Assembly: GCA_963803435.1 (NCBI GenBank)
Contig: CAWDML010000007.1
Coordinates: 160,001 to 224,000 of the forward strand
Origin: an uncultured delta proteobacterium
GTDB taxonomy: Bacteria > Myxococcota > Kuafuiibacteriia > Kuafuiibacteriales > Kuafuiibacteriaceae
DNA: 64,000 bases
Direction of reading: 5' to 3'
A program made the position numbers and the translations under genes. The first letter of the stretch is position 1. Each line of letters starts with the position of its first letter. This document shows, one piece after another, positions 9,923 to 18,556 of this stretch. The notes beneath the pieces were generated by a model that was not told where the DNA came from, ran no database searches, and was given only the letters and a program-made list of their open reading frames with translations.

Positions 9923-11101
9923 ATGCTGATTGAACTCGCCATGCACAGCGCTCTGCTCGGCGCTACCTTCCTCGCTCCTCCGATCATCGACCAACCCGCT
10001 GAACCTCCCGCGTGCAAGCTCGGTCAGGAGCGCACGTACTCGTTCGAGGTCGCGAGCTGGGGCGATACGCTGCAAGGCTTCATGGATCAGGTCGGGGCCG
10101 GTCCGCGCGCCGCGCAGCAGGTCCAGCGCGCGGTGCGGCGCCTCTACAAGATCGACAACATCTTCCCGCACAACCACGTCGATCTCGGGATGAGCCGCGG
10201 CGGCGTGATCCGCTGGTTCCGGTACCGCCCCACGCTGACCGCCGGTGTCTGTGCGGAGCGGATCGGCCGGGACACCTGGAAGGTGTCGCGGGTCGACGTC
10301 CAGATCGATCGCGACGTCGAGGTGGTCGAGCTCGACGGTCACCCCTCGCTGCTCCTCTCCATCGAGGACATGGACGAGGATCCGTCCCTGGCCGACCTGA
10401 TCGCGGACCTCTTCCCCACCAAGGAGCTCCAGAAGATCCAGCTGCTGGTCGAGAAGCTCAGCGTCGAAGGTCAGTTCCTCACCTACACCCGCATCCTGGG
10501 CGCCCAAGCGATCGTCGCCGGCAAGGAGATGCGCGCCTTCTACTTCGAGCACGCGGACGGCCGCGGCGGCTACTACACCGAGAACGCCGTCCCCCTGCGC
10601 GAGATCCCGCTCTACCGCCCGGTGCCCCACTCGTTCCTGGTCAGCACCTTCGGCCTCCGGCGCCACCCGATCCGCCACGTGAAGCGCGCCCACAAGGGCA
10701 TCGACTTCGCCGCGCCCATGGACACCGTGGTCCACGCGGCCGCCAACGGCACCATCGTCGAGGCCCGCTATCTGGGCCCGCTCGGCCGCATGATCACGAT
10801 CGACCACGGCCGCGGCCTGAAGACGCGCTACGCCCACCTCAACCGCTACTTCCCGGGGATCCGCCCCGGCGTCCGCGTGCACCGCGGCCAGCCGATCGGC
10901 CACGTCGGGACGACCGGCCTCTCGACCGGCGCCCACCTCCACTTCGAGACGCTGATCGACGACGAGCACGTGAACCCGCTCCGCGTCACCACGCCGCCGC
11001 CGCCCGCCATCTCGGACGACCTCATGCCCGAGTTCCAGAAGCGCGTGGCCGACATGCTGAAGCAGCTGGACCTCAACGGCGGCGCGCCGGCCGGCGCCTA
11101 G
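9923..11101 (+). CDS. M23 family metallopeptidase
   Basis: HKGIDF, YAHL and STGAHLHFE zinc motifs. Confidence 0.9.
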   Translation: MLIELAMHSALLGATFLAPPIIDQPAEPPACKLGQERTYSFEVASWGDTLQGFMDQVGAGPRAAQQVQRAVRRLYKIDNIFPHNHVDLGMSRGGVIRWFRYRPTLTAGVCAERIGRDTWKVSRVDVQIDRDVEVVELDGHPSLLLSIEDMDEDPSLADLIADLFPTKELQKIQLLVEKLSVEGQFLTYTRILGAQAIVAGKEMRAFYFEHADGRGGYYTENAVPLREIPLYRPVPHSFLVSTFGLRRHPIRHVKRAHKGIDFAAPMDTVVHAAANGTIVEARYLGPLGRMITIDHGRGLKTRYAHLNRYFPGIRPGVRVHRGQPIGHVGTTGLSTGAHLHFETLIDDEHVNPLRVTTPPPPAISDDLMPEFQKRVADMLKQLDLNGGAPAGA

Positions 11102-11105
11102 CTAG

Positions 11106-11171
11106 GAGCGTGTAGCGCGTAAGCGCTCACGCGACCCCGGTCCGGGTCCCGGTCCCGGTCCGGGTCCCGAT
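11106..11171. repeat. Terminal inverted repeat with CC(C/G)GGT hexamer tandem array
   Basis: GAGCGTGTAGCGCGTAAGCGCT..CCGGTCCGGGTCCCGGTCCCGGTCCGGGTCCCGAT; matches the reverse complement of 12476-12540. Confidence 0.9.
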
Positions 11172-11191
11172 CTGAAGATGGCTGCCTTGAG

Positions 11192-12065
11192 TCAGACGCT
11201 CGCGACGGTCGCGAGCTTCGATCGGTAGAGCTTGAGCAGGTTGTGGTGAGGCAGACGAGCGTCCACTCGGCTCGTACCTTGAAGAAGGAGCGGAGCGAGA
11301 ACCGGCGGAATCCTCGTGCCCCTTTGATCTGTCCGAGCGCCGGTTCGACGATACTCTTCCTGCGGGCGTAGACCGCCTTGCCGTCGCGCGTTTGCAACTT
11401 GTCTCGCATTCGCTTGCGAGCGAGCGAGGCAGGTGTGGGCTCCGAAGCTGATGAGGACGGAGTCGACGCGTCTTGGTTCTGTTCGCGTCCAACAGCGATG
11501 TGGGCATCGATCTGATTGTTGTCGCAGAATTCGATGTTGGTCGCGCTCAGATAGCCGTTGTCTGCCGTCATCTTCCGCGGAGCATCGCCGCAGTTGCCGA
11601 ACACATCACGGAGCATCGGGACGAGGTGTTGCTGATCAGGTGCCTGGTTGCTGACCCCTTCGGCGACAATCACCTGAGCGTGCTCATCTACGACAACTTG
11701 GGCATTGTAGGCCTGGAGGTACGCTCCATCCTTCAACATGATCCTGCTGTCTGAGTCGGTGAAGTTCCTCTGAGCGTTGGGCCTCGGTGTGCCGTCCACA
11801 TGGTTCGAGCTGGTCAGCCTGCGCTCTTGCCTTCTCGGCTCGAGTTCTCGCTCGCTTCTGCTCCACCAGATCCACAAGAGCATCATCCGCTTTGCTCTGC
11901 TGCTCTTCGGCTTGCCTGCGCAATTTCTCCGCGCGAGCCCTGGCGGCATCCTGTTCCAGCGCAGCCTTCGCTTCTCGAATGCGGGCAAGGCGGGATTCAC
12001 GGCGAGCGAGCTCCGCTGGGATGTCCTCTTCAGTCTCTTCAACGCCCAGCCGCTCGTCTTCCTCT
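11192..12065 (-). pseudogene. IS1182-family transposase, 5'-truncated and frameshifted
   Basis: DIPAELARRESRLARIREAK, AQRNFTDSDSRIM..YLQAYNAQ, ADNGY, YARRKSIVEP..GFRRFSLR. 1-bp deletion near 11245 and internal deletion near 11800 relative to copy 2. Confidence 0.88.
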
Positions 12066-12101
12066 TGGTCAAAGTGGACGAGCTACCGCAAGCTAGCTTG
12101 C

Positions 12102-12470
12102 ATGGTCACTCTCGATCACGAGAATCTCGAGGTCTACCAGCTCGCCGTCGAGTATGCCGACATCGCTGAAGAGATCGCACAAGAACTGCAACCCGGTCAC
12201 GCTCACGTCCGCGATCAGCTTCGGCGGGCATCCGATTCCATCGTGAACGACACCGCCGAGGGCGCCGGAGAGCTCAATCCACCTGAGAAGGCTCGCTTAT
12301 ACCGGATGGCACTTCGCTCTGGCACCGAAAGCGCCGCCTCACTCCACACCTGCTTGAGGCGCCGACTCGCCAACGAGCAGAAGGTCCAAGCCGCCAGAGC
12401 CAAGCTCAAGCGCGTTGTCGAGAGGCTCACGCGCCTCATCAAGTCGATGAACGCACGCCGGGCTGCATGA
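12102..12470 (+). CDS. Four-helix-bundle protein (23S rRNA IVP / Avd-like family), copy 1
   Basis: 122 aa; DHENLEVYQ..RDQLRRASDSIVNDTAEG..ALRSGTE family pattern. Confidence 0.85.
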   Translation: MVTLDHENLEVYQLAVEYADIAEEIAQELQPGHAHVRDQLRRASDSIVNDTAEGAGELNPPEKARLYRMALRSGTESAASLHTCLRRRLANEQKVQAARAKLKRVVERLTRLIKSMNARRAA

Positions 12471-12475
12471 TCGCC

Positions 12476-12540
12476 ATCGGGACCGGGACCGGGACCGGGA
12501 CCCGGACCGGGCTCGCGGTAGCGCTACGCGTTACACGCTC
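12476..12540. repeat. Terminal inverted repeat with GGGACC tandem array
   Basis: ATCGGGACCGGGACCGGGACCGGGACCCGGACCGGG..TTACACGCTC followed by CTAG. Confidence 0.9.
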
Positions 12541-13164
12541 CTAGTCAGTCCTCACGAACTCCCTCAGGTAGCCGATCAGCATCCGCTGGGTCTCCGCGAG
12601 GAGCTTTCGCGCGACCGAATGGGTCTCTCTCCGCGCGTAGAACAGGAACGACGTGGTCGTGTTGACGAGGGTGGTCGCGACCAGCCGGCGCTTGGCCCGC
12701 GGTAGGTCGGTGTAGACCGCGATCAGCTGGCCGGTCCGGTCGATGAGCTCCTGGGTCATGGCGCGGTCGGCGGCCTCGAACATCCCGTAGAGGTGCAGGT
12801 TCCGGTAGAGCGCGCCCGCCGTGATGTCGGAGCGCTCCCACTCGAAGTACGCGACGAGCATCTCGCCGAGGATGTCCTCCCAGCCCTTGGCCAGGAGCTC
12901 GGGGCTGAGGATCTCCTCGAAGAGCGAGCGCGTGCGCTCGATGCAGCGCTCGGCGAGCGCCTCGAAGAGGGCCTGCTTGTTGGGGAAGAACTGGTAGATC
13001 GAGCCGATGGAGGTACCCGCCTGCTCGGCGATCGCGTCGACGGTGGCGCTGTCGTAGCCGGTGTCCCGGAAGATCTCGGCGGCCGCGTCGAGGATCGCCT
13101 CGACCCGCTTCTTGGACCGTGCCTGCGTCGGCACGCGTCGGACGGCTGGTCTCCGTTTTTTCAT
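12541..13164 (-). CDS. TetR/AcrR family transcriptional regulator
   Basis: ILDAAAEIF..GYDSATVDAIAEQAGTSIGSIYQFFPNK helix-turn-helix. Confidence 0.92.
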   Translation of the reverse strand: MKKRRPAVRRVPTQARSKKRVEAILDAAAEIFRDTGYDSATVDAIAEQAGTSIGSIYQFFPNKQALFEALAERCIERTRSLFEEILSPELLAKGWEDILGEMLVAYFEWERSDITAGALYRNLHLYGMFEAADRAMTQELIDRTGQLIAVYTDLPRAKRRLVATTLVNTTTSFLFYARRETHSVARKLLAETQRMLIGYLREFVRTD

Positions 13165-13174
13165 CCGTCGGCCC

Positions 13175-13232
13175 TTGACGAAACATGAGGATGTCCTCAT
13201 ATTTTGTCAAACATGAGGATGGCCTCATGTTT
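13175..13232. promoter_or_regulatory. Twin palindromic TetR operators over divergent promoters
   Basis: AAACATGAGGATGTCCTCATATTT (13181-13204) and AAACATGAGGATGGCCTCATGTTT (13209-13232); TTGACG on + (13175-13180) and TTGACA on - (13205-13210). Confidence 0.8.
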
Positions 13233-13243
13233 CGAGGTACCCG

Positions 13244-14530
13244 ATGATCTCCGATATTCTCGATTTCCGGCGCGACCCCCTCGGCACGGTGGTGGAAGGG
13301 ATGCGCCGTGGGACGGCGCTGGTCTGGTATCGATTCGGTCCGTTCCGGGCGGTGCTGGCGAACCGCTCGGACGACGTCGAGCACGTGCTGGTCCAGAACC
13401 ACGAGAACTACGTGAAGGGCCGGAACTACGAGCCGCTCAAGCTCTGCTTGGGCGAGGGCCTGGTCACCAGCGAGGGCGCCCTCTGGCGGAAGCAGCGGCG
13501 CCTGGTCCAGCCCGGCTTCCACCACAAGAGCCTGGCCGGGTTCGCCGACACCATGGGCCGGGCCACCCGCGACCTCCTCTCCCGCTGGGCGGAGGGCGGC
13601 ATCACCCAGGTCGACATCCACCAGGAGATGATGCGGCTGACCTTCCGGATCGTCGGGCTGACGCTGTTCTCCACCGACGTCGAGGCCGAGGCGGATCGGA
13701 TCGGCGAAGCGCTCGGCTTCCTCCTCCACTGGACGAACGAGCGCGCCGAGTCCTTCGTCCGCTGGCCGATGTGGCTCCCCACGCCGGGCAACCTCCGCTA
13801 CGCGCGCTACCAGAAGATCTTCGACGGTCTGGTCTTCGGGATCATCCGCGAGCGCAAAGCGAGCGAGGCCTCCCGAAAGGGCGATCTGCTCGACATGCTG
13901 ATGGCGACCGACATGCCCGAGCAGCAGCTGCGGGACGAAGCGATCACGCTGGCGGTGGCGGGCCACGAGACCACGGCCAACGCCCTGAGCTGGACCTTCT
14001 ATCTGCTCTCCAGGCACCCCGACATCGAGCGGCGCCTCTACGAAGAGGTCGATCGCGTGCTCGGGGGACGCAACCCCACGCTGGCCGAGCTGGCGCAGCT
14101 CGAGCTCACCGAGTGCGTGCTCAAGGAGTCGATGCGTCTCTACCCCCCGGTGTGGGCCTTCGAACGGCAATCGATCGGGGAGGACGTCATCGGCGGGCAG
14201 CCGGTGCGCCCTGGGACCTTCGTGATGATGGTGCCCTACACGCTCCATCGCGATCCGGCGTACTGGGACAATCCGGAGGGTTTCGATCCCGATCGATTCC
14301 TTCCTGGCCGCGAGAAAGATCGACCTCGGTTCGCCTACATTCCGTTCGGTGGCGGCCCGCGCGTCTGCATCGGCAACGCGTTCGCATTGATGGAGGCCAA
14401 GATCATCCTCGCCACGGTGCTCTCTCAACATCGCCTCGAGCTGGTACCCGGGCACCGGGTCGTCGAAGATCCGTCGATCACGCTGCGGCCTCGCTACGGG
14501 GTGCAAGTCACCTTGCATCCTCGACGCTGA
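13244..14530 (+). CDS. Cytochrome P450
   Basis: AGHETT (I-helix), ESMR (ExxR), FGGGPRVCIG heme motif. Confidence 0.95.
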   Translation: MISDILDFRRDPLGTVVEGMRRGTALVWYRFGPFRAVLANRSDDVEHVLVQNHENYVKGRNYEPLKLCLGEGLVTSEGALWRKQRRLVQPGFHHKSLAGFADTMGRATRDLLSRWAEGGITQVDIHQEMMRLTFRIVGLTLFSTDVEAEADRIGEALGFLLHWTNERAESFVRWPMWLPTPGNLRYARYQKIFDGLVFGIIRERKASEASRKGDLLDMLMATDMPEQQLRDEAITLAVAGHETTANALSWTFYLLSRHPDIERRLYEEVDRVLGGRNPTLAELAQLELTECVLKESMRLYPPVWAFERQSIGEDVIGGQPVRPGTFVMMVPYTLHRDPAYWDNPEGFDPDRFLPGREKDRPRFAYIPFGGGPRVCIGNAFALMEAKIILATVLSQHRLELVPGHRVVEDPSITLRPRYGVQVTLHPRR

Positions 14531-14548
14531 CAGCCCCACGATGGTGGG

Positions 14549-15442
14549 ATGAGTTCCTTCAACGAGGAGCTGGACCGGCTGGCGCGTCACGCCGATCCCG
14601 TCGAAGGGTTCTTCGGACCCGACAGCGCCGCCTGGAAGATCAACCGCGAGGGCGTGCTCTACTTCGGCGGGATGCGCGCGCTCTTGATGCAGATCGCGCA
14701 TCCGAAGGTCGCGCAGGGCGTCGCCGACCACAGCAACTTCGAGGCGGATCCGTTGGGTCGCGCGCTCAGGACCTTCTCCACCGTCTACCAGATCGTGTAC
14801 GGCGATCGCGACACTGCGCTGGCAGCGGCCGCGCGGGTCCACGCGATCCACCAGAAGGTGCGCGGCCGGCTCGCCGATGATCTGCCGGTGGCCGACTCGA
14901 GCTACGCGGCGCTCGATCCCGAGCTGCTCTTCTGGGTGCTGGCCACGCTGATCGACTCGGTCAAGTTCGCGTACGAGCTCTACCTCGACCCCCTCCCAAC
15001 CGAGCGGTGGACACACTTCTACGAAGACTGCCGCCTGGCCGCGCGCCTGTTCGGCATCCGCGATCTCTCGATGATGCCGCCGACCTTCGCCGCATTCGAA
15101 GAGAAGCTCGAGTCGCTGATCGCGAGCGACACGATCACGGTGTCGCCGACGGCCAGGCGGCTCGCGAGCAAGCTGGTGGATCGGGGACCGCTCAAGTCGA
15201 AGGCGACCAAGCCCCTGCTCTACGTGCTGGCCGCGGGCACGCTGCCCGAGAAGCTCCGCGCCGACTTCGGCTTCTCCTGGAGCCTCCCGGTGCGGGCGAC
15301 CTTCAGGGCGGGAACGGGCGCCGTCCGCCTGGCCGCGCACGTCTTGCCCCGAGCACTGAGGAGCGCGCCCGTGGCCCTGAAGGCCGATCTCCGCTGCGGC
15401 CTCGTCCGCCTCCGCCGTCGCGCGACCCTGGCCCGGCCTTGA
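14549..15442 (+). CDS. DUF2236 / oxygenase MpaB family protein
   Basis: FFGPDSAAWKIN..GGMRALLMQIAHPKVAQGVADHS..VHAIH..WVLATL. Confidence 0.88.
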   Translation: MSSFNEELDRLARHADPVEGFFGPDSAAWKINREGVLYFGGMRALLMQIAHPKVAQGVADHSNFEADPLGRALRTFSTVYQIVYGDRDTALAAAARVHAIHQKVRGRLADDLPVADSSYAALDPELLFWVLATLIDSVKFAYELYLDPLPTERWTHFYEDCRLAARLFGIRDLSMMPPTFAAFEEKLESLIASDTITVSPTARRLASKLVDRGPLKSKATKPLLYVLAAGTLPEKLRADFGFSWSLPVRATFRAGTGAVRLAAHVLPRALRSAPVALKADLRCGLVRLRRRATLARP

Positions 15443-15487
15443 GCCGAAAAGCCTCAAAACCGGCCGTGCAACCGTTCCAGACGATAT

Positions 15488-15518
15488 TTGACACTGTCAT
15501 ATAACAGTGTTATATACA
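15488..15518 (+). promoter_or_regulatory. Sigma-70 promoter with dyad operator in the spacer (MerR-like)
   Basis: TTGACA at 15488-15493, dyad ACACTGT-CATATA-ACAGTGT at 15491-15510, TATATA/TATACA at 15511-15518, ATG at 15525. Confidence 0.7.
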
Positions 15519-15524
15519 GCGCAG

Positions 15525-16124
15525 ATGGAGCTGACGCCCATTCGAGGCCTGGCAGAGGCCGTGGCCGCCGCGCTGTCCGTCGACTACGACGGGCCCGACA
15601 ACGGGCAGGTCCGCCGGGTGCCGGACACGCGAAGCATCCGCTACTACACCACGCTGGGCATGCTCGACCGCCCGGCCGCCATGGACGGGCGGACCGCGCT
15701 CTACGGCGAGCGCCACCTCCTGCAGCTGGTGGCGATCAAGCGGCTGCAGGCGGAGGGCCTCTCGCTGTCCGAGATCCAGGCCAGGCTGACGGGCCTCTCG
15801 GCGAGGGGCCTGGCTGAGCTCGCGCGCCTCCCGGCGCCCATCGAAACAAAGTCGCGCACCAAACCGCGCGCGACCGCGTTCTGGAAGGAAGAGCCGGGAC
15901 CCGCGCCGCCGCGGGCAATCGAGCGCGAGCGGGCCCCGGAAGACCGACGGGCTTCGCTCACCGCCTTCGAGGTGGGCCCGCTGGCCCTGCTCTTCCGCCG
16001 GGTTCGCGAAATCGATGACGCCGATGCGGCCCTCCTCCTCGAGGCGGCCGCGCCGTTGCTTCGGGTCCTCGAGACGCGGGGCTTGATCGCTCCGCTCGAG
16101 GCAGAAAGGAATGAAGAAGAATGA
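15525..16124 (+). CDS. MerR-type helix-turn-helix regulator
   Basis: RSIRYYTTLGMLDRP..YGERHLLQLVAIKRLQAEGLSLSEI. Confidence 0.85.
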   Translation: MELTPIRGLAEAVAAALSVDYDGPDNGQVRRVPDTRSIRYYTTLGMLDRPAAMDGRTALYGERHLLQLVAIKRLQAEGLSLSEIQARLTGLSARGLAELARLPAPIETKSRTKPRATAFWKEEPGPAPPRAIERERAPEDRRASLTAFEVGPLALLFRRVREIDDADAALLLEAAAPLLRVLETRGLIAPLEAERNEEE

Positions 16125-18544
16125 CCAGCACGATCGAGTTTTTGTCAGAGGAGGAGATCATGCGGACGCGCGACCGCGAGGCCGGATTCGGCGCGCTCCG
16201 GACCGAACGCGGGGCCCTGCCGCTGGAGGCGATGCGGGTCGACGCCAAGATCGACGGGCTGGTCGCCGAGGTCGAGGTTCGCCAGACGTTCATCAACACG
16301 ATCGGTGAGCCGATGGAGGCGACCTACATCTTCCCGCTTCCGGATCGCGGCGCGGTCACCCGCTTCCAGATGGAGGTCGCCGGCCGCGTGATCCACGGGA
16401 TCATCGAGGAGCGCCAGCAGGCGCGGGAGCGCTACGACCGCGCCATCGCGCAGGGCCATCGCGCCGCCATCACCGAGGAGGAGCGTGCGGGCGTCTTCAC
16501 CATGCGCGTGGGGAACATCATGCCCGGCGAGCGCGCGACCGTGCAGCTCACGCTCACCGGCCCGCTGCCGTACGACCAGGGTGAGGCCACCTTCCGCTTC
16601 CCGCTGGTGGTCGCGCCCCGCTACATCCCGGGCGCTCCCCTCGGCGGTGGGGACGTCGGCAAGGGCGTCGCGCTCGACACGGACGCGGTGCCGGACGCCT
16701 CCCGGATCACGCCCCCGGTGCTATTGCCCGGCTTCCCCAACCCGATCCGGCTCGAGCTCCGCGCGGAGCTACGAGGTCAGACCTCGCGCCTGCGTTCCTC
16801 GCTCCACGCGATCGTCGAGCGCGAGGGGCAAGGCGTGTCGCTCGTCGAGATCCATCCCGGCGAGCGTCTCGACCGCGACTTCATCCTCCGCTTCGCCGTT
16901 GGTGGCGACTCGGAGGCAGAGCGGGCGGACGCGGTTCGCACCTCGCTGCTGCTGACCCCCGACGCGACGGACGACGAGGGCTCGTTCCTGCTCACGCTGG
17001 TGCCTCCCGCCCACCTCTCGCGATCGAACAAGCCCCGCGACGTGGTGTTCGTGCTCGATCGCTCGGGGAGCATGGGAGGCTGGAAGATGGTGGCGGCCCG
17101 CCGCGCGGTGGCACGGATGGTCGACACGCTGCGAGACCGAGATCGATTCACGGTGGCGGCCTTCGACGATCAGATCGAGACGCCTCCGGACTTCGGCGCC
17201 GGGCTGGTCGACGGCACCGACCGCAACCGCTTCCGGGCGGTCGAGTTCCTGTCGGGCATCGAGGCGCGCGGTGGGACCGAGATGGCGCAACCGCTCGATC
17301 GCGCTGCCACGCAGCTCGCGGGGGGCTATCAGGACCGCGAGCGCGCGATCGTGCTGGTGACCGACGGGCAGGTGGGCAACGAGGATCAGATCCTGCGCCT
17401 CCTGGGCGGCAAGATCCGGAACGTCCGGATCTTCTGCGTCGGGATCGATCAGGCCGTGAACGCGGCGTTTCTCAAGCGACTCGCGGATCTGGGCGGCGGT
17501 CTCGCCGAGCTGGTCGAGTCCGAGGACCGTCTGGACGAGGTCATGGATCGAATCCATCGGCGAATCGGGACCCCGGTGCTCACGGAGCTCTCGCTGCGTG
17601 GACAGGATCTCGACATCGATCCGCGATCGATCGCGCCGCATCGGCTGCCCGATCTGTTCGCCGGAGCGCCGGTCCTGATCGGCGGGCGGTATCGCGGTCG
17701 CGCAGGCGGCGCGGTCCACCTGGCGGGGAGCGACGCCGGCGGTCGAGCCTGGTCCGACACCGTCCCGGGTCGCACCTCTGCGAGCGCCGCCGTGACGACG
17801 ATCTGGGCCCGCGCCCGGGTTCGGGATCTCGAAGATCGCTACGTGCTCTCGCGCGACTCGAGCCTCGAGCGCGAGATCGTGTCGACGTCCCTCCGGTTCT
17901 CGGTCCTGTGCCGATTCACGGCGTTCGTCGCGGTCGACGAGGCCGAACGCGTCAACGCGGGCGGCCACCTCCGGGACGTGATGCAACCCGTCGACGCGCC
18001 CGCCGGTTGGGACATGTTCAGGGGCGGCGCGGGCGGCGGCGCGATCGCGTCGAATGCACCCCTACCGGCGGCGCCCGCGGCCGTGGCCAAGAAGGCGCGC
18101 ATGCGGCGGTCGGAGGTGTACGGGCTCGACCGCAAGATGGACAAGTCCGACGAGGTGGCGGCGTACGACGACTTCGCCGAGTGTGAAGCCGAGCCGGAGC
18201 CCGCGCGTCGGGTGCTTCGGTACGATCAGGCCCCACGCGACCTGGGGAAACGCGAGGAGCACCGCGCTCGCGACGCGACCGAGCTGCTGCTCTCCGCGGT
18301 GCGGGCGTCCGGGGACCCGTCCGAGCAGGTCCGTCTGCTCGCGGCCGGCCTGCCGCAGGTGATCGAGGCCCTCCGCGCGCGCGGGGCCGACGAGGCCAAG
18401 ATCCAGGCGCTCGAGGTGCTCCTGGTCGAGCTCGCCCACGCGATCGTCGGGGCGCAGGCACACGATGACGACCTGGCGGCGCTGGTGACCCGCGCGCTCG
18501 AGCTCCTCAGGCGGGACACTTCGGCGCGTCCGTTCTGGAAGTGA
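16121..18544 (+). CDS. VIT (vault/inter-alpha-trypsin) plus vWA domain protein
   Basis: VIT (VEVRQTF.N..EATYIFPLP), vWA MIDAS DRSGSM..GGTE..LVTDG; ATGA overlap with the MerR gene. Confidence 0.9.
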   Translation: MTSTIEFLSEEEIMRTRDREAGFGALRTERGALPLEAMRVDAKIDGLVAEVEVRQTFINTIGEPMEATYIFPLPDRGAVTRFQMEVAGRVIHGIIEERQQARERYDRAIAQGHRAAITEEERAGVFTMRVGNIMPGERATVQLTLTGPLPYDQGEATFRFPLVVAPRYIPGAPLGGGDVGKGVALDTDAVPDASRITPPVLLPGFPNPIRLELRAELRGQTSRLRSSLHAIVEREGQGVSLVEIHPGERLDRDFILRFAVGGDSEAERADAVRTSLLLTPDATDDEGSFLLTLVPPAHLSRSNKPRDVVFVLDRSGSMGGWKMVAARRAVARMVDTLRDRDRFTVAAFDDQIETPPDFGAGLVDGTDRNRFRAVEFLSGIEARGGTEMAQPLDRAATQLAGGYQDRERAIVLVTDGQVGNEDQILRLLGGKIRNVRIFCVGIDQAVNAAFLKRLADLGGGLAELVESEDRLDEVMDRIHRRIGTPVLTELSLRGQDLDIDPRSIAPHRLPDLFAGAPVLIGGRYRGRAGGAVHLAGSDAGGRAWSDTVPGRTSASAAVTTIWARARVRDLEDRYVLSRDSSLEREIVSTSLRFSVLCRFTAFVAVDEAERVNAGGHLRDVMQPVDAPAGWDMFRGGAGGGAIASNAPLPAAPAAVAKKARMRRSEVYGLDRKMDKSDEVAAYDDFAECEAEPEPARRVLRYDQAPRDLGKREEHRARDATELLLSAVRASGDPSEQVRLLAAGLPQVIEALRARGADEAKIQALEVLLVELAHAIVGAQAHDDDLAALVTRALELLRRDTSARPFWK

Positions 18545-18556
18545 GGTCGCTGCCGC

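Larger units (their letters stand above)
11102..12544. mobile_element. Non-autonomous IS1182-derived element, copy 1 (truncated transposase plus four-helix-bundle gene)
   Basis: CTAG at 11102-11105 and 12541-12544, imperfect TIRs at 11106-11171 and 12476-12540, near-identical inverted copy at 59192-60446. Confidence 0.9.

Noticed and set aside
11136-11171. CRISPR array or REP elements
   Set aside because: Only short hexamer tandem units with no spacers and no cas genes; they are part of the TIRs.
11787-12470. Diversity-generating retroelement suggested by the Avd-like gene and near-identical repeats
   Set aside because: No reverse transcriptase in the window; the differences between copies are not strand-specific A-to-N changes; the repeat is bounded by TIRs like an IS.
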